A stretch of 64,000 nt of DNA, from NCBI GenBank assembly GCA_963836205.1, contig CAWIIV010000011.1:135903-199902 (forward strand), read 5' to 3'. The position numbers and the translations under genes were made by a program. Numbering within the stretch: the stretch's first letter is position 1; each line of letters starts with the position of its first letter. Below the pieces are notes generated by a model. It was not told where the DNA came from, made no database searches, and saw nothing but the letters and a program-made list of their open reading frames with translations. The DNA is from an uncultured Acidimicrobiia bacterium (GTDB lineage Bacteria > Actinomycetota > Acidimicrobiia > Acidimicrobiales > AC-14). Below are positions 55,024-64,000 of the stretch, piece after piece.

Positions 55024-56313
55024 ATGGCCGTCGCAACGCAGACTGCCCGAGTAGGGACCGGCGAACCTCGACCGGAGAAGGTCGCCGTCGTCACCGAGGT
55101 GCGGGAGCGCCTGGCCTCGTCGAACGGCGCCCTCCTCACCGAGTACCGCGGCCTCAAGGTGGCCGACCTCGCCCGCCTGCGGGTGGCGCTGCGGGAGGCG
55201 GGCGGCGAGTACAGCATCTACAAGAACACCCTCGTCCGCCGGGCTGCCGTCGACCTCGGCCTCGACGACCTGATCGTGCTGCTCGAGGGCCCCACCGCCA
55301 TCGCCTTCGTCTCCGGCGACCCGGTGGCGGTGGCCAAGTCGCTGCGGGACTTCGCCAAAACCAGCCCCCACCTTGTGGTCAAGGGCGGCCTGCTGGGCAA
55401 GAAGGTCCTGTCGGCCGCGGAGGCCACCGCCCTGGCCGACGTCGCCCCCCGCGAGGTCGTCCTGGCCCAGCTGGCCGGTGCCCTGGCTGCCCCCCTGGTG
55501 AAGATGGCCGGCCTGCTCCAGGCCCTGCCCCGCAACTTCGCCTACGGCCTCAAGGCCCTCATCGACCAGAAGGCGGCCACCGAGCCTCCCGAGACGCCCG
55601 CCGCCCCGGCCGCCGAGGCAAGCGCCGACCCGGCTGCCGCCGACCCGGCCGCTGCCTCCGGTGCCGCCGACCCGGCCCCTGCCTCCGGTGCCGCCGACCC
55701 GGCCCCCGCCGAACCGCCCGCCACCGCGCCCAGCGCCGAGGTGCCGGCCCCCGCCGCCGCAGCAACCACCGAGGCCGAGACCTCGTCCTCCGAGGCCACC
55801 GCCCCGGCCGCCGACTCCGACGCCACGTCGCCCGAGGCCAGCGCCCCGTCGCCCGAGGCCAGCGCCCCGGCCACCGAGGCCGACGCCCCGGGCACCGAAG
55901 CCACGTCGCCCGAGGCCAGCGCCCCGTCACCCGAGGCCAGCGCCCCGGCCACCGAGGCCGACGCCCCGGGCACCGAGGCCAGCGCCCCGGCCGCCGAGGC
56001 CGACGCCCCGTCCTCCGAGGCGAGCGACGCTTCAGCCACCGACGCCCCGGCCCCCTACGCACCGCCCGCCGAGACCGGCGCCGCCGAGGGCAGCGCCGCC
56101 CCGGCCCCCGGCGGGACCGCCCCCGACGCCCCGACGACCGAGGCCGGCGGCGACACCGCCACCGACATCACAGACACCACCGACATCACAGACACCACCG
56201 ACAGCACCGACGTCACCGACACGGCCCACGCCCCGGCTCCCGCCGCCGGCGCCGACAGCACGACCGACAGCACCGACACCCCCACCACCCCGGAAGAGAC
56301 ACAGGAGTCCTGA
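55024..56313 (+). CDS. rplJ: 50S ribosomal protein L10 with about 245-aa low-complexity C-terminal tail
   Basis: [25 protein letters not shown]; Ala/Pro/Thr/Glu/Asp tail with a 78-bp duplication at 55822 and 55900. Confidence 0.95.
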   Translation: MAVATQTARVGTGEPRPEKVAVVTEVRERLASSNGALLTEYRGLKVADLARLRVALREAGGEYSIYKNTLVRRAAVDLGLDDLIVLLEGPTAIAFVSGDPVAVAKSLRDFAKTSPHLVVKGGLLGKKVLSAAEATALADVAPREVVLAQLAGALAAPLVKMAGLLQALPRNFAYGLKALIDQKAATEPPETPAAPAAEASADPAAADPAAASGAADPAPASGAADPAPAEPPATAPSAEVPAPAAAATTEAETSSSEATAPAADSDATSPEASAPSPEASAPATEADAPGTEATSPEASAPSPEASAPATEADAPGTEASAPAAEADAPSSEASDASATDAPAPYAPPAETGAAEGSAAPAPGGTAPDAPTTEAGGDTATDITDTTDITDTTDSTDVTDTAHAPAPAAGADSTTDSTDTPTTPEETQES

Positions 56314-56314
56314 G

Positions 56315-56701
56315 ATGGCCACCAAGGAAGAAATCCTCGACAGCATCGCCAACATGACCGTCCTCGAGCTGAGCGAGCTGCTCAAGGAGTTCGAGGAGAA
56401 GTTCGGGGTGACCGCGGCCGCGCCCATGGCCGTGGCCGGGCCCGCCGGCGGCGGTGCGGCCGAGGCTGCACCCGTCGAGGAGGAGCAGGACGAGTTCGAC
56501 GTCATCATCACCGGCGTCGGCGAGAAGAAGATCCAGGTCATCAAGGAGGTGCGCTCGCTCACCAACCTGGGCCTCAAGGAGGCCAAGGACCTGGTCGACA
56601 GCGCCCCCGGCGCCAAGGTCCTGGAGAAGGCGTCCAAGGAGGACGCGGCCAAGGCCAAGGCCCAGCTCGAGGGCGCCGGCGCCACCGTCGAGGTCAAGTA
56701 G
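56315..56701 (+). CDS. rplL: 50S ribosomal protein L7/L12
   Basis: [38 protein letters not shown]. Confidence 0.98.
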   Translation: MATKEEILDSIANMTVLELSELLKEFEEKFGVTAAAPMAVAGPAGGGAAEAAPVEEEQDEFDVIITGVGEKKIQVIKEVRSLTNLGLKEAKDLVDSAPGAKVLEKASKEDAAKAKAQLEGAGATVEVK

Positions 56702-56825
56702 CACCACCTGCGGTCCAGGGGTAGGCACGGGGCGCAAGTCTCGTGCCTGCACCAATGATCCGTACACCCCTCGGTCCCTAGCGTTCTGAACGCACGGTGA
56801 ACGACTGGGGAACGGGGGACCGACG

Positions 56826-57944
56826 ATGGCTGGGACGACGATGGCAGGGACGACGATTGCGGACCGGACGGAGCTCGACTTCGGGCCTCAGGGCGGCGAT
56901 CCGTCCCGCCGAGACGACGGCGTCCGCCTCGACCTGAGCACGTGCGTCAACCGCTACGGCCCGCCGCCGGCGGCGCTGGCCGCCCTTGTCGACCTGGCGC
57001 CGGACGCCATCCAGGTCCACCCCTACGACGCGGCCGAGCGGCTGGAGGTGGTCTACGCCCGCCACCTGGGCGTCGACCCCGACCAGTTGGTGGCGGGACG
57101 GGGCACCACCGAGTTCATCTGGGCCCTCGGTCGCCGGGTACCGGCGGCGGCGGTGGCCGTCCCCCTGCCCGCCTACACCGACTACCTCAAGGCGTTCCCA
57201 GGACGGGGCTTCGCCGGCAGCCGGCCGTCGCCGGTGCCCACCCTCGCCCTCGTCGACGAGGCCATGGGCCGCGCCGACCTGGTCATCCTGTCCAACCCCC
57301 ACAACCCGACGGGTGTGATCCTTCCGCCCGAAGGCCTCGTGCGGATCTCCGCCCGCTACCCGACCTCGGTGCTGGTGGTCGACGAGTCCTACGCCGACTT
57401 CGCCCCCCGACCGGAGCGGGCCACCGTCATCGGCTGCGACCAGCCCAACGTGATCGCCTTGCGGTCCCCGTCGAAGTTCTACGGCATCGCCGCCACCCGG
57501 GCGGGCGTGGCCTGGGCCTCCGACGGTGCCTGGCTGCGCCGTTTCCTCGGGTCCCGGGAGACGTGGCCGGTGTCGGGGCTCGACGTGGCGGTGGCGACCG
57601 CGGCGCTGGACGGCCGCCCCTGGGCCGAGGCCTCCCGCCGCCGCCTGCTCGACGACGGGCGGTGGTTGGCCGACGCCCTGGCCCCGGTCGTGAGCGTCGC
57701 CGGTGCGGGCGCCCGCGTCGTCGGCGACGCCCCCGTCCACTACCGCTGCCTGCTCACCCCCCTCGCCCACGAACTGGCGGCCGCCTTCGCCCGCCACGGA
57801 CTCGGCGTGCGCGCCCTGGGCCGGGCCCACGGCGTCCACCCCGGCGCGCTTCGGATCCTCGCCCCCCTTGTCGACGAGCGTCCGATGGTGGCGGAAATGA
57901 TCGGCGCCGTGGCCGGGAGCGGTGGCATGCTCCTCGTCCGGTGA
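56826..57944 (+). CDS. PLP-dependent class I/II aminotransferase (CobD/HisC-like)
   Basis: SNPHNPTG, VVDESY, RSPSKFYG..R.G; the start region is duplicated (MAGTT x2). Confidence 0.85.
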   Translation: MAGTTMAGTTIADRTELDFGPQGGDPSRRDDGVRLDLSTCVNRYGPPPAALAALVDLAPDAIQVHPYDAAERLEVVYARHLGVDPDQLVAGRGTTEFIWALGRRVPAAAVAVPLPAYTDYLKAFPGRGFAGSRPSPVPTLALVDEAMGRADLVILSNPHNPTGVILPPEGLVRISARYPTSVLVVDESYADFAPRPERATVIGCDQPNVIALRSPSKFYGIAATRAGVAWASDGAWLRRFLGSRETWPVSGLDVAVATAALDGRPWAEASRRRLLDDGRWLADALAPVVSVAGAGARVVGDAPVHYRCLLTPLAHELAAAFARHGLGVRALGRAHGVHPGALRILAPLVDERPMVAEMIGAVAGSGGMLLVR

Positions 57945-58926
57945 GCACCGCACCGGCACCAGCACCGGCACCCGCACGACGACGACGCCCGCCAGGCCCA
58001 GCTCCGACACTCGAGCCGCACCGCCCCGTCCCATCCCCGACCGGGCCGACGGGTGGGGGGTGGCCCTGGTGGCGGCCGGGGCCAGCGGCTACGGCGTCAC
58101 CGTCGTGCTCGGCCGGGTCCTGGCCGACGCCGGCATCGGCCCGGCCACCGCCCTCGGCATCCGCTTCGCCCTGGCCGCCGCCTTTCTCCTCGCCTTCGCC
58201 GCCGCCCGCAGGTCTTCCCTCCTCCCGGCCCCGGGCGAGCGGTTGCGGGTGTTCCTGCTGGGGGCGGTCGGCTACGCCACCGAGTCCACCCTCTTCTACA
58301 TGGCGCTCGAACGGGGGACGGCCGCGTCGGCCGCCCTCCTCTTCTACGCCTATCCCCTCATGGTCACCCTGGCCGAGCTGGCCCTGGGCTGGTCCCGCTT
58401 CCGGCCCCGGACCCTGGTGGCGCTGGCCGTCTCCGCCGCCGGCACCGTCCTGGTGGTGGCGTCGGGCGACGAGCTGGGCATCTCCCCCGTGGGAATGGCA
58501 TGCGCGCTGGCATCGGCGGCCGCCTTCGGCGCCTACCTCCTCGCCTGCACCCGCCTCGTCCACCGCAGCCACCAGGTGGCCCGGGCCGCGTGGGTGGCGG
58601 TGGGGGCGTCGGTCGCCTCCCTCACCCGGGGCCTGGCGTCGGGAGACCTGGCCTCGCCGGCCGGACATTGGCCCGTGCTCCTTCTCTACGGGGTGGCCAC
58701 CGCGGTGGCCTTCTCGTGCATGTTCGCGGGACTGTCCCGCCTGGGCGCCAGCCGCACGGCGGTGGTGATGACCCTCGAGGCGTTCGTGGCCGTGACCCTG
58801 GGCGCCGCCTTCCTGGGCGAGCGATTGGTTCTGGCCCAGGTGATCGGCGGCGTCGCCATCGTCGCGGCCGCGGTTGTCGTCAGCCGAACCGGCGATGATC
58901 CCCATGAATCTGTGGAGAACCCTTGA
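57941..58926 (+). CDS. EamA/DMT family transporter
   Basis: About 10 hydrophobic segments; RF..A, YP and LE..VA EamA motifs; GTGA overlap. Confidence 0.85.
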
Positions 58927-59114
58927 CCGGATGAGCAGCTTCCAATAACGTCCCAGTGGGCCTGTTCCCGGGACCGCTTGCTTTTCCGCGGAGCTATGGC
59001 TAAGATTCCTTTCGCCGTGCCCGCCCGCGTGTCGCCGTCCCCACTCTCCGGCTTGACTCTGCGCGCCCGGCGGCCTTCTTGACCACAGCTGATCTCCGGG
59101 AAGGAGCAGTTTCC

Positions 59115-62100
59115 TTGCCCACCCATCCCGCAACTCGGGAACGCTATACGTTCTCCAACCTCGATGAGGTCCTTGCCCTTCCGGACCTGATCGCCGTCCA
59201 ACGCGATTCCTTCAAGTGGTTCCTCGACAAGGGCTTGCAAGAGACGTTCCGTGACATAAGCCCCATCGAGGACTTCACGGGACAGCTCCGGCTCGAGCTC
59301 GAGTTCGACGCCGAAGACCCCGACTTGCGCCCGCCGCCGAAGTTCTCGGTGGAGGAGTGCAAGGAGAAGGACATGACCTACTCCGCGCCCATCTTCGTGC
59401 GGGCCCGCTTCATGAACGCGGGCACCGGCGAGATCAAGGAGCAGACGGTCTTCATGGGGGACTTCCCGATGATGACCGACAAGGGCACGTTCATCATCAA
59501 CGGCACCGAGCGCGTCGTCGTGTCCCAGCTCGTCCGCTCGCCGGGCGTCATCTTCCAGCCCGGCCGCGACGCCAAGACCATCGCCACCGCCACGATCCAC
59601 CCCTACCGAGGTGAGTGGATCGAGTTCGACATCGAGCAGAAGCCGGGCAAGGACGTCACCGCCGGCACCCGGGTGGCCCGCAAGCGCCGCCTGAGCCTGT
59701 TCGTGCTCCTCCGCGCCCTGGGCTACGACCAGGAGGCCGCCCCCGGCTTCCTCGAGCGCTTCGTCAACCACTTCGACTTCCTCGAGGGGCAGTGGGAGAA
59801 GGAGAAGGAGCTGGCGCCCACCCGCGAGGAGGCGCTGGTCGAGATCTACAAGCGGGCCCGCCCCGGCGAGCCGCCCTCGGTCGAGGCCGGCCGGGCGTAC
59901 TTCGAGAACGCCTTCTTCAACCCCAAGCGCTACGACCTCACCCGGGTCGGCCGCTACAAGCTCAACCGCAAGCTGGGCCCGGAGATCGAGAAGATCGCCG
60001 ACCTGTTCGCCATCGACCTCGTCCGTCCCACCCAGACGCAGTTCGTGCTGAGCCCCTCGGAGATCCTGGCCGCCACCACCTACCTGCTGCACCTGGCCGC
60101 GGGCGAGGCCGGCTACCGGCTCGACGACCAGGACCACTTCGCCAACCGCCGCATCCGGTCGGTGGGCGAGCTGATCCAGAACCAGGTCCGCATCGGCCTG
60201 TCCCGCATGGAGCGGGTCGTCCGGGAGCGCATGACCACCCAGGACGTCGAGGCCATCACGCCCCAGACCCTGATCAACATCCGGCCGGTGGTCGCCGCCA
60301 TCAAGGAGTTCTTCGGCACCAGCCAGCTGTCGCAGTTCATGGGCCAGACCAACCCCCTCGACGGCCTTACCCACAAGCGCCGCCTGTCGGCGCTGGGCCC
60401 GGGCGGACTGTCCCGGGAGCGGGCCGGGTTCGAGGTGCGCGACGTGCACACCAGCCACTACGGCCGGATGTGCCCGATCGAGACGCCGGAAGGCCCCAAC
60501 ATCGGCCTCATCGGCTCCCTCGCCACCTACGCCCGAGTCAACGACTTCGGCTTCATCGAGACGCCCTACCGCAAGGTCGTCGACGGGCGCATCACCGACG
60601 AGATCACCTACCTCGCAGCCGACGAGGAGGAGGAGCACGTCATCGCCCAGGCCAACGCCTCCCTCGACGCCGACGGCCGCTTCATCGGCGACCGCGTGCT
60701 CGTCCGCCGTGGCCCCCAGGGCGCCGGCGTCCGCATCGGCGCAGGGGGCACGTCCTACGGCACCACCAGCGAGATCGACTACGTGCCGCCGGCCGAGGTC
60801 GACCTGATGGACGTCTCGCCCAAGCAGATCGTCTCCGTGGCCACGGCCATGATCCCGTTCCTCGAGCACGACGACGCCAACCGGGCCCTCATGGGCGCCA
60901 ACATGCAGCGCCAGGCGGTTTCCCTGGTGCGGGCCGAGGCGCCCTACATCGGCACCGGCATCGAGCCCCGCGCCGCCCGCGACGCAGGCGACGTCGTCCT
61001 GGCCGAGGGCGACGGCCAGGTCCAGGAGGTCACCGGCGACCACATCTGGGTGCAGTACGCCGACGGCCAGACCGACCGAGAGGGCCGCACCCTGGGCCGC
61101 AAGTTCTACCGCCTGGCCAAGTTCCGCCGCTCCAACCAGGGCACCTGCATCAACCAGAAGCCCCGGGTCGACGACGGGATGACCGTCAAGAAGGGCGACG
61201 TCCTGGCCGACGGCCCGTCCACCCACAACGGCGACCTGGCCCTCGGCAAGAACCTGCTGGTCGCGTTCATGCCCTGGGAGGGCTACAACTTCGAGGACGC
61301 CATCATCCTCTCCGAGCGCCTGGTGCGCGACGACGTCCTCACCTCGATCCACATCGAGGCCCACGAGGTCGACGCCCGCGACACCAAGCTGGGCGCGGAG
61401 GAGATCACCCGCGACATCCCCAACCTCTCCGAGGAGATCCTCAAGGACCTCGACGAGCGGGGCATCATCCGCATCGGGGCCGAGGTCGGTCCCGGCGACG
61501 TGTTGGTGGGCAAGGTCACCCCCAAGGGTGAGACCGAGCTCACCCCCGAGGAGCGCCTCCTGCGGGCCATCTTCGGTGAGAAGGCGCGGGAGGTCCGCGA
61601 CACCAGCCTCAAGGTGCCCCATGGCGAGACCGGCAAGGTCATCGACGTCAAGGTCTTCTCCCGGGAGGAGCAGCACGAGCTGGCTCCCGGCGTCAACCAG
61701 CTGGTCCGGGTCTACGTGGCCCAGAAGCGCAAGATCAGCGAGGGCGACAAGCTGGCCGGCCGCCACGGCAACAAGGGCGTCATCTCCAAGATCCTCCCGG
61801 TCGAGGACATGCCCCACATGGCCGACGGCACCCCGGTCGACATCATCCTCAACCCCCTGGGCGTGCCCAGCCGGATGAACGTCGGCCAGGTCCTCGAGGC
61901 CCACCTGGGCTATGCCGCCCGCTGGGGCTGGGACGGAGCCGACGTCAACGCCCAGCCGCCGCACTCCAACGTCGCCACCAAGACCCGCCCCATCACCGAG
62001 CCCTCGGTCTGGGTGTCGTCGCCTGTCTTCGACGGCGCCCACTGGGACGAGGAGGGGGCGGCCGGTGCCGGCAAGCACCCCACCATCCGCCACCTGCTGG

Positions 62101-62705
62101 AGACCATCCACAGTGACTCGATGAGCCGCAACGGCGAGCGCCTCATCCAGCCCGACGGCAAGCAGATCCTCTACAACGGCCGCACCGGCGAGCCCTACGA
62201 CCGGCCCATCACCGTCGGCTACAGCTACATCCTGAAGCTGCTCCACCTGGTCGACGACAAGATCCACGCCCGGTCCACCGGCCCCTACTCGATGATCACC
62301 CAGCAGCCGCTGGGCGGGAAGGCCCAGTTCGGTGGCCAGCGGTTCGGGGAGATGGAGGTGTGGGCCCTCGAGGCCTACGGCGCCGCCTACGCCCTCCAGG
62401 AGCTGCTGACGATCAAGTCCGACGACGTGCTCGGCCGGGTGAAGGTCTACGAGGCCATCGTCAAGGGCGAGAACATCCCCGAGCCCGGCATTCCCGAGTC
62501 GTTCAAGGTGTTGATCAAGGAGATGCAGAGCCTCTGCCTCAACGTCGAGGTCCTCTCGACGACCGGCGAGGAGATCGAGATGCGGGAGCTCGACGAGGAC
62601 ATCTTCCGCACCGCCGAGGAGCTTGGGATCGACCTGTCGAGGCCCGAGCGCGGTTCCGACGAGGAAGACGCCCGCCGGGCGGCCGAGCGGAGCAGCAGGT
62701 TCTAG
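59115..62705 (+). CDS. rpoB: RNA polymerase beta subunit
   Basis: AAGGAG RBS and TTG start; [37 protein letters not shown]. Confidence 0.99.
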   Translation: MPTHPATRERYTFSNLDEVLALPDLIAVQRDSFKWFLDKGLQETFRDISPIEDFTGQLRLELEFDAEDPDLRPPPKFSVEECKEKDMTYSAPIFVRARFMNAGTGEIKEQTVFMGDFPMMTDKGTFIINGTERVVVSQLVRSPGVIFQPGRDAKTIATATIHPYRGEWIEFDIEQKPGKDVTAGTRVARKRRLSLFVLLRALGYDQEAAPGFLERFVNHFDFLEGQWEKEKELAPTREEALVEIYKRARPGEPPSVEAGRAYFENAFFNPKRYDLTRVGRYKLNRKLGPEIEKIADLFAIDLVRPTQTQFVLSPSEILAATTYLLHLAAGEAGYRLDDQDHFANRRIRSVGELIQNQVRIGLSRMERVVRERMTTQDVEAITPQTLINIRPVVAAIKEFFGTSQLSQFMGQTNPLDGLTHKRRLSALGPGGLSRERAGFEVRDVHTSHYGRMCPIETPEGPNIGLIGSLATYARVNDFGFIETPYRKVVDGRITDEITYLAADEEEEHVIAQANASLDADGRFIGDRVLVRRGPQGAGVRIGAGGTSYGTTSEIDYVPPAEVDLMDVSPKQIVSVATAMIPFLEHDDANRALMGANMQRQAVSLVRAEAPYIGTGIEPRAARDAGDVVLAEGDGQVQEVTGDHIWVQYADGQTDREGRTLGRKFYRLAKFRRSNQGTCINQKPRVDDGMTVKKGDVLADGPSTHNGDLALGKNLLVAFMPWEGYNFEDAIILSERLVRDDVLTSIHIEAHEVDARDTKLGAEEITRDIPNLSEEILKDLDERGIIRIGAEVGPGDVLVGKVTPKGETELTPEERLLRAIFGEKAREVRDTSLKVPHGETGKVIDVKVFSREEQHELAPGVNQLVRVYVAQKRKISEGDKLAGRHGNKGVISKILPVEDMPHMADGTPVDIILNPLGVPSRMNVGQVLEAHLGYAARWGWDGADVNAQPPHSNVATKTRPITEPSVWVSSPVFDGAHWDEEGAAGAGKHPTIRHLLETIHSDSMSRNGERLIQPDGKQILYNGRTGEPYDRPITVGYSYILKLLHLVDDKIHARSTGPYSMITQQPLGGKAQFGGQRFGEMEVWALEAYGAAYALQELLTIKSDDVLGRVKVYEAIVKGENIPEPGIPESFKVLIKEMQSLCLNVEVLSTTGEEIEMRELDEDIFRTAEELGIDLSRPERGSDEEDARRAAERSSRF

Positions 62706-62725
62706 TTCTGAGCGAGAACGTGCGT

Positions 62726-62770
62726 ACCGGTGCGACCCGGGGCCCCCAGCGGGCCCCGGGCGTCGCCGGT
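62726..62770 (+). other. Stable imperfect hairpin in the rpoB-rpoC spacer
   Basis: CCGGGGCCC-CCAGC-GGGCCCCGG core with GCGAC/GTCGC flanks. Confidence 0.55.
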
Positions 62771-62800
62771 TCGATGAAGAGTGAGAGGTAGGCAAGAGCG

Positions 62801-64000
62801 TTGCTCGACGTCAACAATTTCGACCAGCTGCGAATCGCGCTGGCAACCGCCGATTCGATCCGTACGTGGTCCAACGGCGAGGTCAAGAAGCCGGAGACCA
62901 TCAACTACCGCACGCTGAAGCCGGAGAAGGACGGGCTCTTCTGCGAGAAGATCTTCGGTCCCACGAAGGACTGGGAGTGCTACTGCGGCAAGTACAAGCG
63001 CGTCCGGTTCAAGGGCATCATCTGCGAGCGCTGCGGCGTCGAGGTCACCCGCTCCAAGGTTCGCCGGGAGCGCATGGGCCACATCGAGCTGGCCGCCCCC
63101 GTCGTCCACATCTGGTACCTCCGGGGCACCCGGTCGTGGCTGGCCTACCTGCTCATGGGCACCGAGCCCCGTGAGGAGCTGAAGGCCAAGCAGCTGGAGA
63201 AGGTCATCTACTTCGCCGCCAACCTGGTCACCTGGGTCGACGAGGAGCGCCGCCACAACGACCTCCCCGAGCTGGAGGCCGAGCTGCTGGAGGAGCTGGC
63301 CGAGATCGAGCGCTCGCGCGACGTCGACATCGACCACCGGTTCAAGGACCTCGAGAGCGAGGTGGCCGAGCTGGAGGCCGGTGGCGCCAAGGACTCCGAG
63401 CTGAAGGCCCGCCAGCGGGCCGCCGACAAGGAGATCACCTCCATCCGGGAGCGGGCCCAGGCCGAGATCGACGTGGCCCGGCGCGCCTTCGACGAGCTCA
63501 AGGACCTCTTCGCCCGCAAGATCATCGAGGACGAGAGCGTCTGGCGCCAGCTGCGTGACCGCTACGGCGACTACTTCCGGGGCGGCATGGGCGCCGACGT
63601 CATCGCCCAGCTCATCGGCGAGGTCGACTTCGACTCCGAGGAGATCAAGCTCCGCGAGAACATCGACGCGGCCGACGGCCGTCGTCCCCTGTCGGCCCAG
63701 CGCAAGCAGAAGGCGATCAAGCGGCTCAAGATCGTCACCGCCTTCAACCGCCGCGACCCCGACACCGGCCGCCGGGTCAACGAGCCCTCGGCCATGATCC
63801 TCGACGCGGTCCCGGTGATCCCGCCCGACCTGCGCCCCATGGTGCAGCTCGACGGTGGCCGCTTCGCCACGTCCGACCTCAACGACCTCTACCGCCGGGT
63901 CATCAACCGCAACAACCGGCTCAAGCGCCTCCTCGACCTCGGCGCGCCCGAGATCATCGTCAACAACGAGAAGCGCATGCTCCAGGAGGCGGTCGACGCC
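62801..64000 (+). CDS. rpoC: RNA polymerase beta' subunit (3' end outside window)
   Basis: TTG start [12 protein letters not shown]; [25 protein letters not shown]; [26 protein letters not shown]. Confidence 0.99.
   Translation, partial: MLDVNNFDQLRIALATADSIRTWSNGEVKKPETINYRTLKPEKDGLFCEKIFGPTKDWECYCGKYKRVRFKGIICERCGVEVTRSKVRRERMGHIELAAPVVHIWYLRGTRSWLAYLLMGTEPREELKAKQLEKVIYFAANLVTWVDEERRHNDLPELEAELLEELAEIERSRDVDIDHRFKDLESEVAELEAGGAKDSELKARQRAADKEITSIRERAQAEIDVARRAFDELKDLFARKIIEDESVWRQLRDRYGDYFRGGMGADVIAQLIGEVDFDSEEIKLRENIDAADGRRPLSAQRKQKAIKRLKIVTAFNRRDPDTGRRVNEPSAMILDAVPVIPPDLRPMVQLDGGRFATSDLNDLYRRVINRNNRLKRLLDLGAPEIIVNNEKRMLQEAVDA

Noticed and set aside
59115-64000. Intein or rpoB-rpoC fusion
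   Set aside because: RpoB is of normal length with its own stop; the RpoC helical insertion looks like the usual actinobacterial lineage-specific one.

Overview
High-GC actinobacterial chromosome segment; the class is probably Acidimicrobiia, inferred from the EF-Tu, RpoB and RpoC sequences and the gene order. It contains: (1) the 3' part of a canonical complex I operon (nuoG-N); (2) a DUF222-HNH nuclease gene with a LexA box upstream and a GC-rich tandem array downstream; (3) a second complex I cluster (nuoABCD, nuoH-N) with no nuoEFG, split by a VapBC-type toxin-antitoxin pair, with near-identical Rex/CRP-like operators before nuoA2 and nuoH2, and followed by an NDUFAF7/MidA-like methyltransferase and acs; (4) a Ser/Thr kinase-AAA-GAF-PAS-histidine kinase hybrid, htpX, an M23 peptidase, yajQ and small accessory genes; (5) the tRNA-tuf-rpmG-secE-nusG-rplKA-rplJL-rpoBC cluster. 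The main anomaly is a 10.5-kb gene between rplA and rplJ. It encodes a probably secreted, about 3,490-aa Gly/Ala/Ser/Thr/Asp protein built from about 12 internally mirror-symmetric modules of about 300 aa, and it is interrupted by two +1 frameshifts. Also notable: RpoB substitutions at rifampicin-resistance positions (D516G and S522D, E. coli numbering), long low-complexity tails on L10 and NuoC2, and repeated short tandem duplications over start/stop codons. All calls come from reading the sequence; no database searches were run.
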